Under the pieces are notes generated by a model. It did no database searches, was not told where the DNA came from, and saw nothing but the letters and a program-made list of their open reading frames with translations. Below, one piece after another: positions 18,411 to 27,761 of a stretch of 64,000 nt of DNA. A program made the translations under genes and the position numbers. The stretch is from an uncultured delta proteobacterium (GTDB taxonomy: Bacteria; Desulfobacterota; BSN033; UBA1163). The stretch is from contig CAVPSJ010000017.1 in NCBI GenBank assembly GCA_963708295.1, forward strand, positions 32,001-96,000, read 5' to 3'. Position 1 is the stretch's first letter. Every line of letters starts with the position of its first letter.

Positions 18411-20222
18411 CTAATCTGGATTTATGGTCAGAGGAATATCGGACGCTTCTCCTCCCCAGCCCATGCCATAGGTACTTCCATCGGAAGAGTGAATAATCCA
18501 CCAGCCGCCATTGCTACTCTGGTAAATGGCGACATCCGTCTTTCCATCACCATCGTAATCCCCGGGCACAGGGGTGAATCCAGATCCGCCCCATCCCACT
18601 CCATAAGCCCCTACTTGCCCCTGTGGTCCAGTACCCGAAGAGGGAGTGATCCACCAACCACCGTTCGTGGTATTGTAGATGGCGATGTCTGTTTTTCCAT
18701 CCCCATCATAATCGCCGGGAACAGGTTTGAATGCTGATCCACCCCAGCCTATTCCATAGGCTGGAATGCCAGAAGAGGGAATGATCCACCACGCACCTCC
18801 CGTGGTATCATAGATGGCAATGTCTGTTTTTCCATCCCCATCATAATCGCCAGGAACAGGTTTGAAAGCTGATCCACCCCAACCCACTCCATAGGCCCCC
18901 ACTTGTCCTTGTGGCCCTACCCCTGAAGAGGGGATAATCCACCAGGCACCCGTTGTGGAATTGTAAATGGCAATATCGGTCTTTCCATCCCCATCATAAT
19001 CTCCAGGGACAGGTTTGAAAGCAGATCCACCCCAGCCTATTCCATAGGATGGAATACCAGAGGAGGGGATGATCCACCACGCACCGCCCGTGGTATCGTA
19101 AATTGCAATATCTGTTTTTCTATCTCCATCGTAATCTCCGGGAACGGGTTTGAATCCAGGTCCACCCCAGCCATAGCCATAGGCAGGAGAGCCTGAAGAA
19201 AGAGTGACCCACCAAACACCCGTGCTGGTACGGTAAAAGGCAATATCGGTCTTTAAATCACTGTCGAAGTCACAACTAATAGGCCTGCAACCACCAGGCG
19301 GCTTAAGATCGAAGACATACTGGAGGACCTCATGGGCCGCCTGTTCCGACCACATGACGGCGTTGGCTATCCTTTTGTCCAAAAGGACACCTTCATCGCC
19401 CTGTTCAATAATCCAATCCAAGCTAGGGAGGGGGGCTGGCCAGGCAAGTGCGGTGCTGTGCCGGTATGAAAGGAGGTCACTCTCCAAACTGATGGCGAAC
19501 GCGTCATCAGATGTGAAGCACCGACCAAAAATTCGAAAATCACTGAAACTCCAAGCCTTCGGTACGTAGTTAAAGTCGGTATTTTCCCAAACAAACTCAA
19601 GCTCCAAAGGCCAATCAACCTCCTGGTAACTGCCCCACAAAAGCGGTCCAAGGTGAGGAGGGTTGAGGAAGTCCTCTGCGAAATGCACGGCGTAGCCCGC
19701 ATGGACCATGGCTCGACTTCTGTTGTTATTGATTAAATCTTGCTTTGCCTTATCGGCCCAGTATTTTATCGGATTCCACACACTCAAATCTGCGAATTCG
19801 TGATTCATTAGGTTATCGAAGTCGTTTTCCCAGTCGTCTTTGAATGTGAAGCAAGGCTCATCGGTGCAACTATACCCAAATATGCCCAATTCGACTATGT
19901 CCCGACCTATCAATGCCTCGACCTGCAGGGCACCCTCCCACCACCAAGTGTTCTTAAGGCCAGGACCCGCCCCCCATATACCATCAGGTGTTGACGCTCC
20001 ATCCCTGAGGAGCTGCCGCTCTTCAGCAGAGAGATAGCCTGCCGGAAGCAAGTTGTTAGAATCCAACCAGAGGATCGCATTTTCCGCCATCATACCGTGT
20101 GCGCCTCCAGGGGGCACATCCGTCAAACCAAAGAGCGGCCCGGCCGACCACCCCTCTGCCCGCTGTTGAGTGCCCAATAAGCCAATCGCCACGCAAAGGA
20201 CTACCATTGAGGCGAGCCTCAC
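18411..20222 (-). CDS. Secreted Zn-dependent phospholipase C/S1-P1-like domain fused to FG-GAP/VCBS repeats
   Basis: Signal peptide ending AEG|W; H..., PD, HEF and GYAVHFAED..NPPH motifs; six GDYDGDGKTDIAIY-type repeats. Confidence 0.75.
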   Translation of the reverse strand: MRLASMVVLCVAIGLLGTQQRAEGWSAGPLFGLTDVPPGGAHGMMAENAILWLDSNNLLPAGYLSAEERQLLRDGASTPDGIWGAGPGLKNTWWWEGALQVEALIGRDIVELGIFGYSCTDEPCFTFKDDWENDFDNLMNHEFADLSVWNPIKYWADKAKQDLINNNRSRAMVHAGYAVHFAEDFLNPPHLGPLLWGSYQEVDWPLELEFVWENTDFNYVPKAWSFSDFRIFGRCFTSDDAFAISLESDLLSYRHSTALAWPAPLPSLDWIIEQGDEGVLLDKRIANAVMWSEQAAHEVLQYVFDLKPPGGCRPISCDFDSDLKTDIAFYRTSTGVWWVTLSSGSPAYGYGWGGPGFKPVPGDYDGDRKTDIAIYDTTGGAWWIIPSSGIPSYGIGWGGSAFKPVPGDYDGDGKTDIAIYNSTTGAWWIIPSSGVGPQGQVGAYGVGWGGSAFKPVPGDYDGDGKTDIAIYDTTGGAWWIIPSSGIPAYGIGWGGSAFKPVPGDYDGDGKTDIAIYNTTNGGWWITPSSGTGPQGQVGAYGVGWGGSGFTPVPGDYDGDGKTDVAIYQSSNGGWWIIHSSDGSTYGMGWGGEASDIPLTINPD

Positions 20223-20566
20223 CAGCCTGAATAGTCCGTGAGTTCGTAAAGTCTTCGTTTGCCTTCTCCTTCCGCGCCGTCACCGGCACTCACTTGTTTG
20301 TTGTTGCTGTTCAGCGTCCAGTTCAAGGACAGCCAGTTGTCATACAACAGGTCCTCAATCAGAGTCCAGAAGGTTTTCCTCGACAATTCGAATAATCGCT
20401 TCACGGATTGAAATGAACAATTATTATACTGCATTGTGTAATTTGTAAGAATCCTACCCATTCAGGTGCTTTTTGTCAATGAGAAATCAGGAAAGTCATG
20501 GGCTTCTCAGTATAGGGGCTGCCAATATAATCGGAAGGTTATCACAATTTGGGATTTTCTGCGAGC

Positions 20567-20722
20567 GAATAATTTCTTAAGAATGAAATGTTATATTGCG
20601 TGTCTATAATTCCTAAGGTCTATTATTCTGAGCATTCATCATTGAGGATTTCCGCCGAAAGAACGAATAACGGGTTCCTTAGCTGCAACGGTTAGCTGTT
20701 GGCGGAAAGATCAAGGTTAGGA
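20567..20722 (+). repeat. Inter-cassette element copy E14 joined to a degenerate attC
   Basis: Homologous to 22641-22744. Ends GAATAAC-GGGTTCC-TTAGCTGC; the R'' box TCCTAAC lies on the minus strand at 20716-20722. Confidence 0.65.
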
Positions 20723-20735
20723 ATTCCCGCCTTAT

Positions 20736-21648
20736 TCAAAAATTGCTCCTATTCGGTCGTCCGGCAAGGTATTTCGACAGACGCTCATAAGACAGAAGGT
20801 AAAATGCCGCCAACCCCCGGTATGGCTTAAAGAGTGATAATTTTCTCATCGTTCCTTGTGGCGACAAACGCTGTCCGCGACCGAGATAGCGACCGACAAT
20901 ACTTCTAATACCGAGATCTTCTGCGGGGACCCGGTCCGGACGGCTTAGGCCTCGAACAAGAAAATACTCGGCCGACCAGGGCCCAAGACCCCGTACCTGG
21001 AGGAGAACAGATCGAACATCTTCGTCGGACATCGCCTCTAACTGGTCAAGATCAAGCAGTCCATTAGCCACCTTATGAGCCACTCCCTTCACATACTCTG
21101 CTTTGCGTTGAGAAAGTCCGCATGTCATAAGATCTGCCGCTGAACTCTCACTCAATCGTCTCGGGGTTGGAAAAGCCCAAAGGCCATTCACAGGGTCCCC
21201 AAACCGTTCGATCATCCGCGTTCTAATACGATAAGCAGCTGCCAAAGAGATCTGTTGCTCGGTGATGGCAATGACAAGCATTTCAAATAAAGATGCAGGT
21301 CGAATCGGCTTGAGGCCATGCAATTCTTGGGTTATCCGCCCTAAGACTGAGTGGGATGCCGTGAGCTGGTAGAATGGCAAAAGATCCAGCTCAGCGGAGA
21401 TGATCCATCTCGCTATCCGGTTGACCTCTGATGCACTGTCCGGCTAGATCGGTCCGTATCTCAAACGTAGGAGGATCACGACGGACTTGGCTCAATTCCA
21501 ACGTTGTCGGGATATCTCGGATTCTAACCGCGGAGCGAAGAACAGAGAAATCCTGGAATGGATCAGGCGAAAAACTCCTCGCAACACGCAAAGACAATTC
21601 AAAATCATGCGGACCAACTGACGAGATAGAAAACGCAGTCATGTTCAT
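20736..21648 (-). CDS. DNA-3-methyladenine glycosylase II (AlkA-like), frameshift near 21430
   Basis: Two ORFs join; EQQISLAAA, AFPTP, HhH motif GLGPWSAEY, DLGI. Confidence 0.8.
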
Positions 21649-21678
21649 ACCGATGGCCTATGTTCTTCATTCGCAAAC

Positions 21679-21733
21679 TCCTAACGCAAAAATCAACCAC
21701 GAGTCTAACGAGTCGGCTGCACTGCCTTCGGCA
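21679..21733 (-). other. Degenerate integron attC site
   Basis: Minus strand GCCGAA-GGCAGTGCAGCCGACTCG..TCGTGGTTGATTTTTGC-GTTAGGA. Its R' GTTAGGA is complementary to the TCCTAAC after the alkA-like gene. Confidence 0.7.
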
Positions 21734-21790
21734 ATCAATTGGCCTTTATTTCCTGTCGCTTGTCCGTTGTGACCCCATCCTCTCTGATAT

Positions 21791-22430
21791 TTACAGCCAG
21801 CTTACTGATTTTGCCAATGTAGGATATTCGACGGAAGGAGGTTGATAGTTATCTGCCGGATATCCCAGCGCGCATCCATCAAGCGCATATTCCCCAGCGG
21901 GAATATTCGAGAAGTCTGCAAAAATCAGGGTCACTATCCATTTGCATCGTTGCACTGACAAGTTGAAGACCAATACCGAGTGATGTTGCTTTCAGCCACA
22001 TATTCTGAAGGCAGTAGCTAAGCGATTGTGCGGCAACTGGAGGCATTCCTTTTCTTTCTCCGACAACAACAAAATATGGTGCATTACCGACACCGGGTAC
22101 GCCTTGTTGTCCGATTCGTTTTAGATTCTGCACAAAAGGAACAGGTCCCACCTTCTTTTCAAGTTCATCGGCCAGCTTTGCCATTCGGTTTTTGAGAATA
22201 TCCGCTGCGGCTTCCATCGCTGATGACGAGTTTCGAATCACGAATACCTTTCTAAAGTCAGGTTTCCCGGCAACCGCAAGTGCTCCAAATGGAGCTAACA
22301 GGCCCGCTTGGATTATTGCCTCAATAGCCTCTTGGCTTGGCGGGATAGAGCTAAATGCTCTTACTGAGCGCCGTGCTCTTATGATTACATCAAGGGCTGC
22401 ACTGTGTTCGGGGGTGATGTTTTCAAACAT
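21791..22430 (-). CDS. Nitroreductase family protein, frameshift near 21910
   Basis: IRARRSVRAF, LAP, QNMWLKATSLGIG; C-terminus ALGYPA in the second frame. Confidence 0.85.
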
Positions 22431-22597
22431 CCTGTTCTCCTTTCATTTGTTGTCTTTTCTCTTATGCCTAACAATCATCATGCTACAAGGAATAATTTCT
22501 TGAATTTTATCCCCAAGAGCACTTTCTGTCAATCAATTCGGGCCTCTTAGCATTCTACCGATAAAGCGAATCATGATGGACTTCTTATCGTATTTTT

Positions 22598-22840
22598 ACT
22601 TTCAGGATATTTCAGCGATTATAAACCCTTTATTCTATTTGAATAATTTGTTAAAAACGAAATGTTATATGACGTGAATATCGTTCCCAAGGGTTATGAT
22701 TATCGATTATTCACGCTCAACACTTTCCAGTTGAAACATTGTATAAACAAGGTCGCTTCAAGGTTGAGGACTTTAGGAATAAGTAAATAATCTATTTAGA
22801 ATTGTATGTAGGATGAGATTTTCATTTGACCAAAGTAATA
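22598..22840 (+). repeat. Inter-cassette element copy E15 at the right edge of the accessory region
   Basis: Units ACTTTCAGGA, CGAAATGTTATAT, ACTTTCCAGTTGAAACATTGTAT and TTGAGGACTTTAGGA. Confidence 0.6.
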
Positions 22841-23038
22841 GTTTCACAGGGCACTTGAATGCAGCCGGGACCAGGGCTCAAAAAGTTGGTGACCGCGGGT
22901 TGGTACGGAGGTCGTTCGTCCACTGAATACTCTTGACGAACGGAGGCGTTTTGGATAAATTTACTTGTCAAGTCATTTCGGGGGTGGCGCACGCAGGGCC
23001 TATCCTGAACCTACCTCTTCTCGACAGGGAGCTTTTCT

Positions 23039-23377
23039 GTGGCAAAGTTTTCAACTTGGTTTAAAGTAAAGGTAGTCCTCATCTGCATCGGCGTTATCAT
23101 CTTATTGGCCCTCTACAGCTATTTCATCCCCGATACGGTCCGGACCAGGATAACCGACGCCCAGATGGCGAAGGTCGATGGACGCTTCATGATCGCAACC
23201 GAATACCGGCCGTTCGTGAACTATGACGCGAAGTACCGTTTCAAATTCAACTCGGGTACGATCCAGAACGAAGCCATCAGGCTGAAGGGGAAGGAAGCCA
23301 AGATCAGGAAATATGGGTGGAGGGTTCCGGTATTTTCCATGTATGAAAATGTCGTTTCCATCAAAGAAGTAAAGTAG
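23039..23377 (+). CDS. DUF1523-like membrane-anchored protein
   Basis: TM helix; FKFNS..IQ..A...YGWRVP.FSMY.NV motif. Confidence 0.7.
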   Translation: MAKFSTWFKVKVVLICIGVIILLALYSYFIPDTVRTRITDAQMAKVDGRFMIATEYRPFVNYDAKYRFKFNSGTIQNEAIRLKGKEAKIRKYGWRVPVFSMYENVVSIKEVK

Positions 23378-23481
23378 GTTGTAGACTTCCTGCAGAGCAA
23401 AAGTAAAAGAAATCGACCCTTTCCTCGGGACGAGTCGATTCCGACCGCCAGGGGAGGGGGGGGTATAAAAAAGGTTTGCTC

Positions 23482-24486
23482 ATGACCCTTCCCATCATCG
23501 GGATCACAATGGGTGATCCGACCGGCATCGGACCGGAGATCATCGTGAAGGCTTTATCCACGGACGAGCCGTTTCGAGTCTGCCGACCCGTAGTCTTCGG
23601 CGACCATGGGGTGCTTTCAAGGGCCATCCGGATCCAAAACCTTTCCGCGACTTTGGAGGCCATCGATCGTATTCCGCGGGATGGATACGCCCCCCGGAAG
23701 ATATTTTTCTTTCCTTTAACTCAATTGGAGGTCGCTTCTCTCCGCTTCGGACAGCCGGATCGGGCGTGCGGGGAGGCAATGGTGAGATATATTGAAGCGG
23801 CGGTCAAGCGGGCAAAGGACCGAGACCTGGACGCCATCACCACCTGTCCGATCAATAAAAAGGCGATGAATGAGGCGGGTTTTTTCTTTCCCGGCCACAC
23901 GGAGCTCTTGGCCCATCTGACGGAAGCCCCGTCGGTCGCCATGATGTTTCTGGGATCGAAGTGGAGAATCGTTCTGGCGACGATTCATCTTCCTTTGAAG
24001 GATGTTTCAAGATGGATCAGCAAAGACCGCATCCTCTCAACCCTTCGCTTAACAGACGAAGGGATGAAGAAGCACTTCGGCATTCCTCACCCGAAAATCG
24101 CGGTCCTCGGCCTCAACCCCCATTGCGGAGAAGAAGGACTGCTGGGGGATGAAGAGAAAAGAGAGATCCTCCCGGCCATTGAAGAGGCGAAAGTCCTTGG
24201 AATGGATGCTGCAGGACCTTTTCCCGCCGACTCTTTTTTCAATATGTCGGGCCGTTACGCCTTTGATGCCGTCATCGCCATGTACCACGACCAGGGACTG
24301 ATCCCGATCAAGATGATAGATTTCAAGGAGGCGGTCAATTTTACTTTGGGCCTGCCTTTTGTCCGGACATCAGTCGACCACGGGACAGCTTATGACATTT
24401 CCGGAAAGGGATTGGCCGATCCGACCAATCTCGTTAAAGCCATCTTCACAGCAGCTAACCTTTCGAAATCAAAAAAAGATTATTAA
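23482..24486 (+). CDS. pdxA: 4-hydroxythreonine-4-phosphate dehydrogenase
   Basis: TMGDPTGIGPE, GHTE, GLNPH, AMYHDQG, RTSVDHGTAYD. Confidence 0.95.
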   Translation: MTLPIIGITMGDPTGIGPEIIVKALSTDEPFRVCRPVVFGDHGVLSRAIRIQNLSATLEAIDRIPRDGYAPRKIFFFPLTQLEVASLRFGQPDRACGEAMVRYIEAAVKRAKDRDLDAITTCPINKKAMNEAGFFFPGHTELLAHLTEAPSVAMMFLGSKWRIVLATIHLPLKDVSRWISKDRILSTLRLTDEGMKKHFGIPHPKIAVLGLNPHCGEEGLLGDEEKREILPAIEEAKVLGMDAAGPFPADSFFNMSGRYAFDAVIAMYHDQGLIPIKMIDFKEAVNFTLGLPFVRTSVDHGTAYDISGKGLADPTNLVKAIFTAANLSKSKKDY

Positions 24487-24635
24487 AATTTCAACCCGAA
24501 AGAAAGGTATTGACAAAAAAAATGTTTTGAGCTAAAAAACATACTTGTGAAAATTATCTCTTGAACTAACCCATACCCCTTCTTTCTTCATTTCGTCACC
24601 TTTCAAGCAACGGGGGGAATAAAAGGAGAATCAAA

Positions 24636-25919
24636 ATGAGAGAAGTTGTGATTGTTAGCGCAGCCAGAACGGCTGTCGGTACGTTCGGGGCCTCCTTGAA
24701 AGATGTCTCGGCCATCAAATTGGGCGCCCTCGCCATCGGAGCGGCCATCAAAAAGGCCCGTTTCAAGCCGATCGTTACAAAGGAGCTTCGCGATGTCGCT
24801 CCCGATGCATTCAAGGGAGCAGGAATGACGGAGCTGGAAAAATCCCATTACAAGTGGGATGAGTCCATGCAAGGGGTTCAAGTGGATGAAGTGATTATGG
24901 GTAATGTGCTTCAGGCCGGCCAGGGACAGAATCCGGCCCGCCAGGCAATGATTCATGCGGGAGTCCCGAAGGAAACCAATGCTTTTACGGTCAGCAAGGT
25001 CTGTGCCTCCGGCATGAAAAGCATCGCATTAGGCGCTCAGTCCATCATGCTGGGGGACGCAGACGTCGTGGTGGCGGGTGGAATGGAGAACATGAGTCAG
25101 GTCCCCTATGCGTTCCCTCAGGGCCGCTGGGGAGCCAGGATGTTCAACCAGGAGATGGTCGATTTGATGGTGTTCGACGGTCTCTTTGAAATTTTCTACG
25201 GCTACCACATGGGACTCACCGCCGAAAACATCGCTGAGAAATTCGGAATATCGAGAAAGGAACAGGATGAATTAGGATTGATGAGCCACCAGAGGGCGAG
25301 GGCCGCCATCAAAAATGGACTTTTCAAGGAGGAGATCGTTCCGGTGATGATCCCGCAAAGAAAGGGTGAACCCATCATCTTCGATACGGATGAAAGACCC
25401 ATGGATACCTCACTGGAAAAGATGGGAAAGCTCCCGACCGCCTTCAAGGCCGGGGGAACTGTTACCGCGGGGAATGCTTCCGGGATCAATGACGCCGCTG
25501 CCGCTGTCGTGTTAATGTCTCTGGAAATGGCAAAGACCTTGAAATTAGAACCGATGGGCACGATTCGGTCTTACGCCGCCGGAGGGGTTGACCCGGCCTA
25601 TATGGGATTAGGCCCCATCCCTGCGGTGAGAAAAGCCCTGAAAAAGGCCGGGGTCGGTTTGAGTGACATCGGGCTGGTTGAACTGAACGAAGCTTTCGCT
25701 TCCCAGGCGATTGCGTGCATCCGGGAGCTGAAATTTGATATGGAAAAGACCAATGTCAACGGGAGCGGGATCTCCCTCGGTCATCCGATCGGATGCTCGG
25801 GAGCGAGGTTGATTGTGACGCTGCTCCACGAAATGGAGCGGAGGAAAACCAATCTTGGTCTTGCCACCCTCTGTATCGGGGGCGGCCAGGGCATGGCGAT
25901 GATTGTCGAAAGGAGTTAA
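24636..25919 (+). CDS. Acetyl-CoA C-acetyltransferase (thiolase)
   Basis: KVCASG, NEAF, GHPIG, LCIGGGQG. TTGACA promoter at 24510. Confidence 0.95.
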   Translation: MREVVIVSAARTAVGTFGASLKDVSAIKLGALAIGAAIKKARFKPIVTKELRDVAPDAFKGAGMTELEKSHYKWDESMQGVQVDEVIMGNVLQAGQGQNPARQAMIHAGVPKETNAFTVSKVCASGMKSIALGAQSIMLGDADVVVAGGMENMSQVPYAFPQGRWGARMFNQEMVDLMVFDGLFEIFYGYHMGLTAENIAEKFGISRKEQDELGLMSHQRARAAIKNGLFKEEIVPVMIPQRKGEPIIFDTDERPMDTSLEKMGKLPTAFKAGGTVTAGNASGINDAAAAVVLMSLEMAKTLKLEPMGTIRSYAAGGVDPAYMGLGPIPAVRKALKKAGVGLSDIGLVELNEAFASQAIACIRELKFDMEKTNVNGSGISLGHPIGCSGARLIVTLLHEMERRKTNLGLATLCIGGGQGMAMIVERS

Positions 25920-25920
25920 A

Positions 25921-26090
25921 TCCGAAGCACGAAATCCCTGCCTTCGACGAAGCGGCTTCGCGCAGGCAGGCGAAATCCTAAACAAACTCGAATGACCGAA
26001 ATTCAAAATTTGGGTTTCGTTGCCTTTGAAATTTGAAAATTCGAATTTTGAAATTGTTTCGAGTTTCGATATTCGAGTTTCGAATTTTAG
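25921..26090. repeat. Heptamer-type AT-rich inverted intergenic repeat
   Basis: CGAAATC/TTCGAAT units forming a long imperfect hairpin, with a nested CCTGCC...GGCAGG palindrome. Confidence 0.6.
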
Positions 26091-26109
26091 GACATTAAAG
26101 GGAGGCGAG

Positions 26110-26893
26110 ATGGACTATAAAAATATTCTGTTGTCCTTCGAAGGAGGAATCGGGATCCTCGCGCTGAACCGGCCGAAGGCGCTCAATGCGCTGAATATCG
26201 AGACGCTGAAGGATATCCAGGCGGGAATTCAGGAGGTGAGGGACCATTCCGAAGCGAAGGTTCTCATCATGACCGGGAGCGGAGAGAAAGCGTTCGTGGC
26301 GGGGGCCGATATCGCAGAGATGAAGGGAATGAACTCTTTTGAAGCCCTCAACTTTGCAAAATTGGGCCATCTCACCCTGAAGATGATCCAGGACCTTGAT
26401 CGACCGGTCATCGCGGCCGTCAATGGCTTTGCCCTCGGAGGAGGGACGGAGATTGCTCTTGCCTGCGATTTCATCTACGCCTCCGAGAATGCAAGATTCG
26501 GATTTCCCGAGGTGACCCTCGGCATCTTTCCGGGCTTCGGAGGGACCCAGCGACTCCCCCGTCTGATCGGGAAAGGAAAAGCAAAGGAGCTGATCCTAAC
26601 GGGGAAGATGATCACGGCTCAGGAGGCCTATCAGATGGGGATTGTGAATCGGATATTTCCCCAGGCCTCGCTGATGGAGGAGACCAAGAAAGCGGCCCTC
26701 CAGATCGCGGCCAACGGGTCCATCGGAGTGAGATTAGCCAAGATGGTAGTGGATGCCGGTTTCAATATGGATCTTGACAGAGGCGTTAAATCTGGAATCC
26801 TATGCCTTCAGCTTCGGGTTTACCACCGAAGATCAGAAGGAAGGGATGACGGCATTCGTTGAGAAGAGGAAGCCCAACTTCAAAGGGAAATAG
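26110..26893 (+). CDS. crt: Enoyl-CoA hydratase (crotonase), frameshift near 26785
   Basis: [32 protein letters not shown]; corrected C-terminus [17 protein letters not shown]. Confidence 0.85.
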
Positions 26894-26902
26894 GAGGAGA
26901 AA

Positions 26903-27703
26903 GTGAAAATCGCCGTATGCATCAAACAGGTTCCGGACACGACAGATGTGAAGATTGACCCGAAGACCAATACACTGGTCCGGGAGGGTGTGGCTAGCAT
27001 TACCAACCCCTTCGATGAGTATGCGGTCGAAGAAGCGCTTCTCATCAAAGAGAAGCACGGGGGAGAAGTCCACGTGATCAGCATGGGCCCTCCTCAGGCC
27101 TCCGAAGTGTTGAAAAACGCGCTGGCCGTAGGTGCGGATAAGGTTTATCTGGTCTCGGACAGGGCCTTTGCAGGAGCAGACACATTGGCGACGGCTTATA
27201 CGGTTGCCACGACCATTAAGAAGGTTGCCGCGGATGTGGATCTGGTGATTTGCGGAAAGCAGGCCATCGACGGGGATACGGCCCAAGTCGGGCCCGGTAT
27301 TGCCACGCGCCTGGGCATCCCGCAACTGACATATGTTTCAAAGGTCAAAGAGATTGACCCCGCAAAAAAGAGAATTGTGGTTGAACGATTGCTGGAGAAT
27401 GGAAAAGAAATTGTGGAATCCTCGCTTCCCGCATTGATCACGGTCGTTAAAGGTATCAATGAGCCGAGACTTCCTTCGCTTTTAGGGATAAAGAAGGCGG
27501 CCAAGGCGCCGATTCCTGTGTTGACCGCCAAAGATATCGGCGCGGATGAGAATCGCATCGGATTGAAGGGATCACCGACCTGGGTGACGAAGGTGTTTTC
27601 TCCCGAGGCCAGAGGCGGCGGCGGCGAGATTCTAAAAGGAGAACTCCCGGAAGTGGCTGCTCTTCTCGTGAACAAATTGATGGATACGAAACTTATCAAA
27701 TAA
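26903..27703 (+). CDS. etfB: Electron transfer flavoprotein beta subunit
   Basis: CIKQVPD, NPFD, DRAFAGADTLAT, GKQAIDGDTAQVG. Confidence 0.95.
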   Translation: MKIAVCIKQVPDTTDVKIDPKTNTLVREGVASITNPFDEYAVEEALLIKEKHGGEVHVISMGPPQASEVLKNALAVGADKVYLVSDRAFAGADTLATAYTVATTIKKVAADVDLVICGKQAIDGDTAQVGPGIATRLGIPQLTYVSKVKEIDPAKKRIVVERLLENGKEIVESSLPALITVVKGINEPRLPSLLGIKKAAKAPIPVLTAKDIGADENRIGLKGSPTWVTKVFSPEARGGGGEILKGELPEVAALLVNKLMDTKLIK

Positions 27704-27761
27704 TAGCGCGATGCCCCATGCCCTATGCGCTTAGCTTTATTCTCGTGAGGAGGAGAATCAA

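Noticed and set aside
22845-23030. Possible 6S/SRP/tmRNA or attI plus integrase at the array boundary
   Set aside because: I could not recognise any ncRNA consensus, and the divergent gene is DUF1523-like, not a tyrosine recombinase.
24546-24563. Rex-like operator upstream of the thiolase
   Set aside because: Only the left half (TTGTGAA) matches; the right half is poor.
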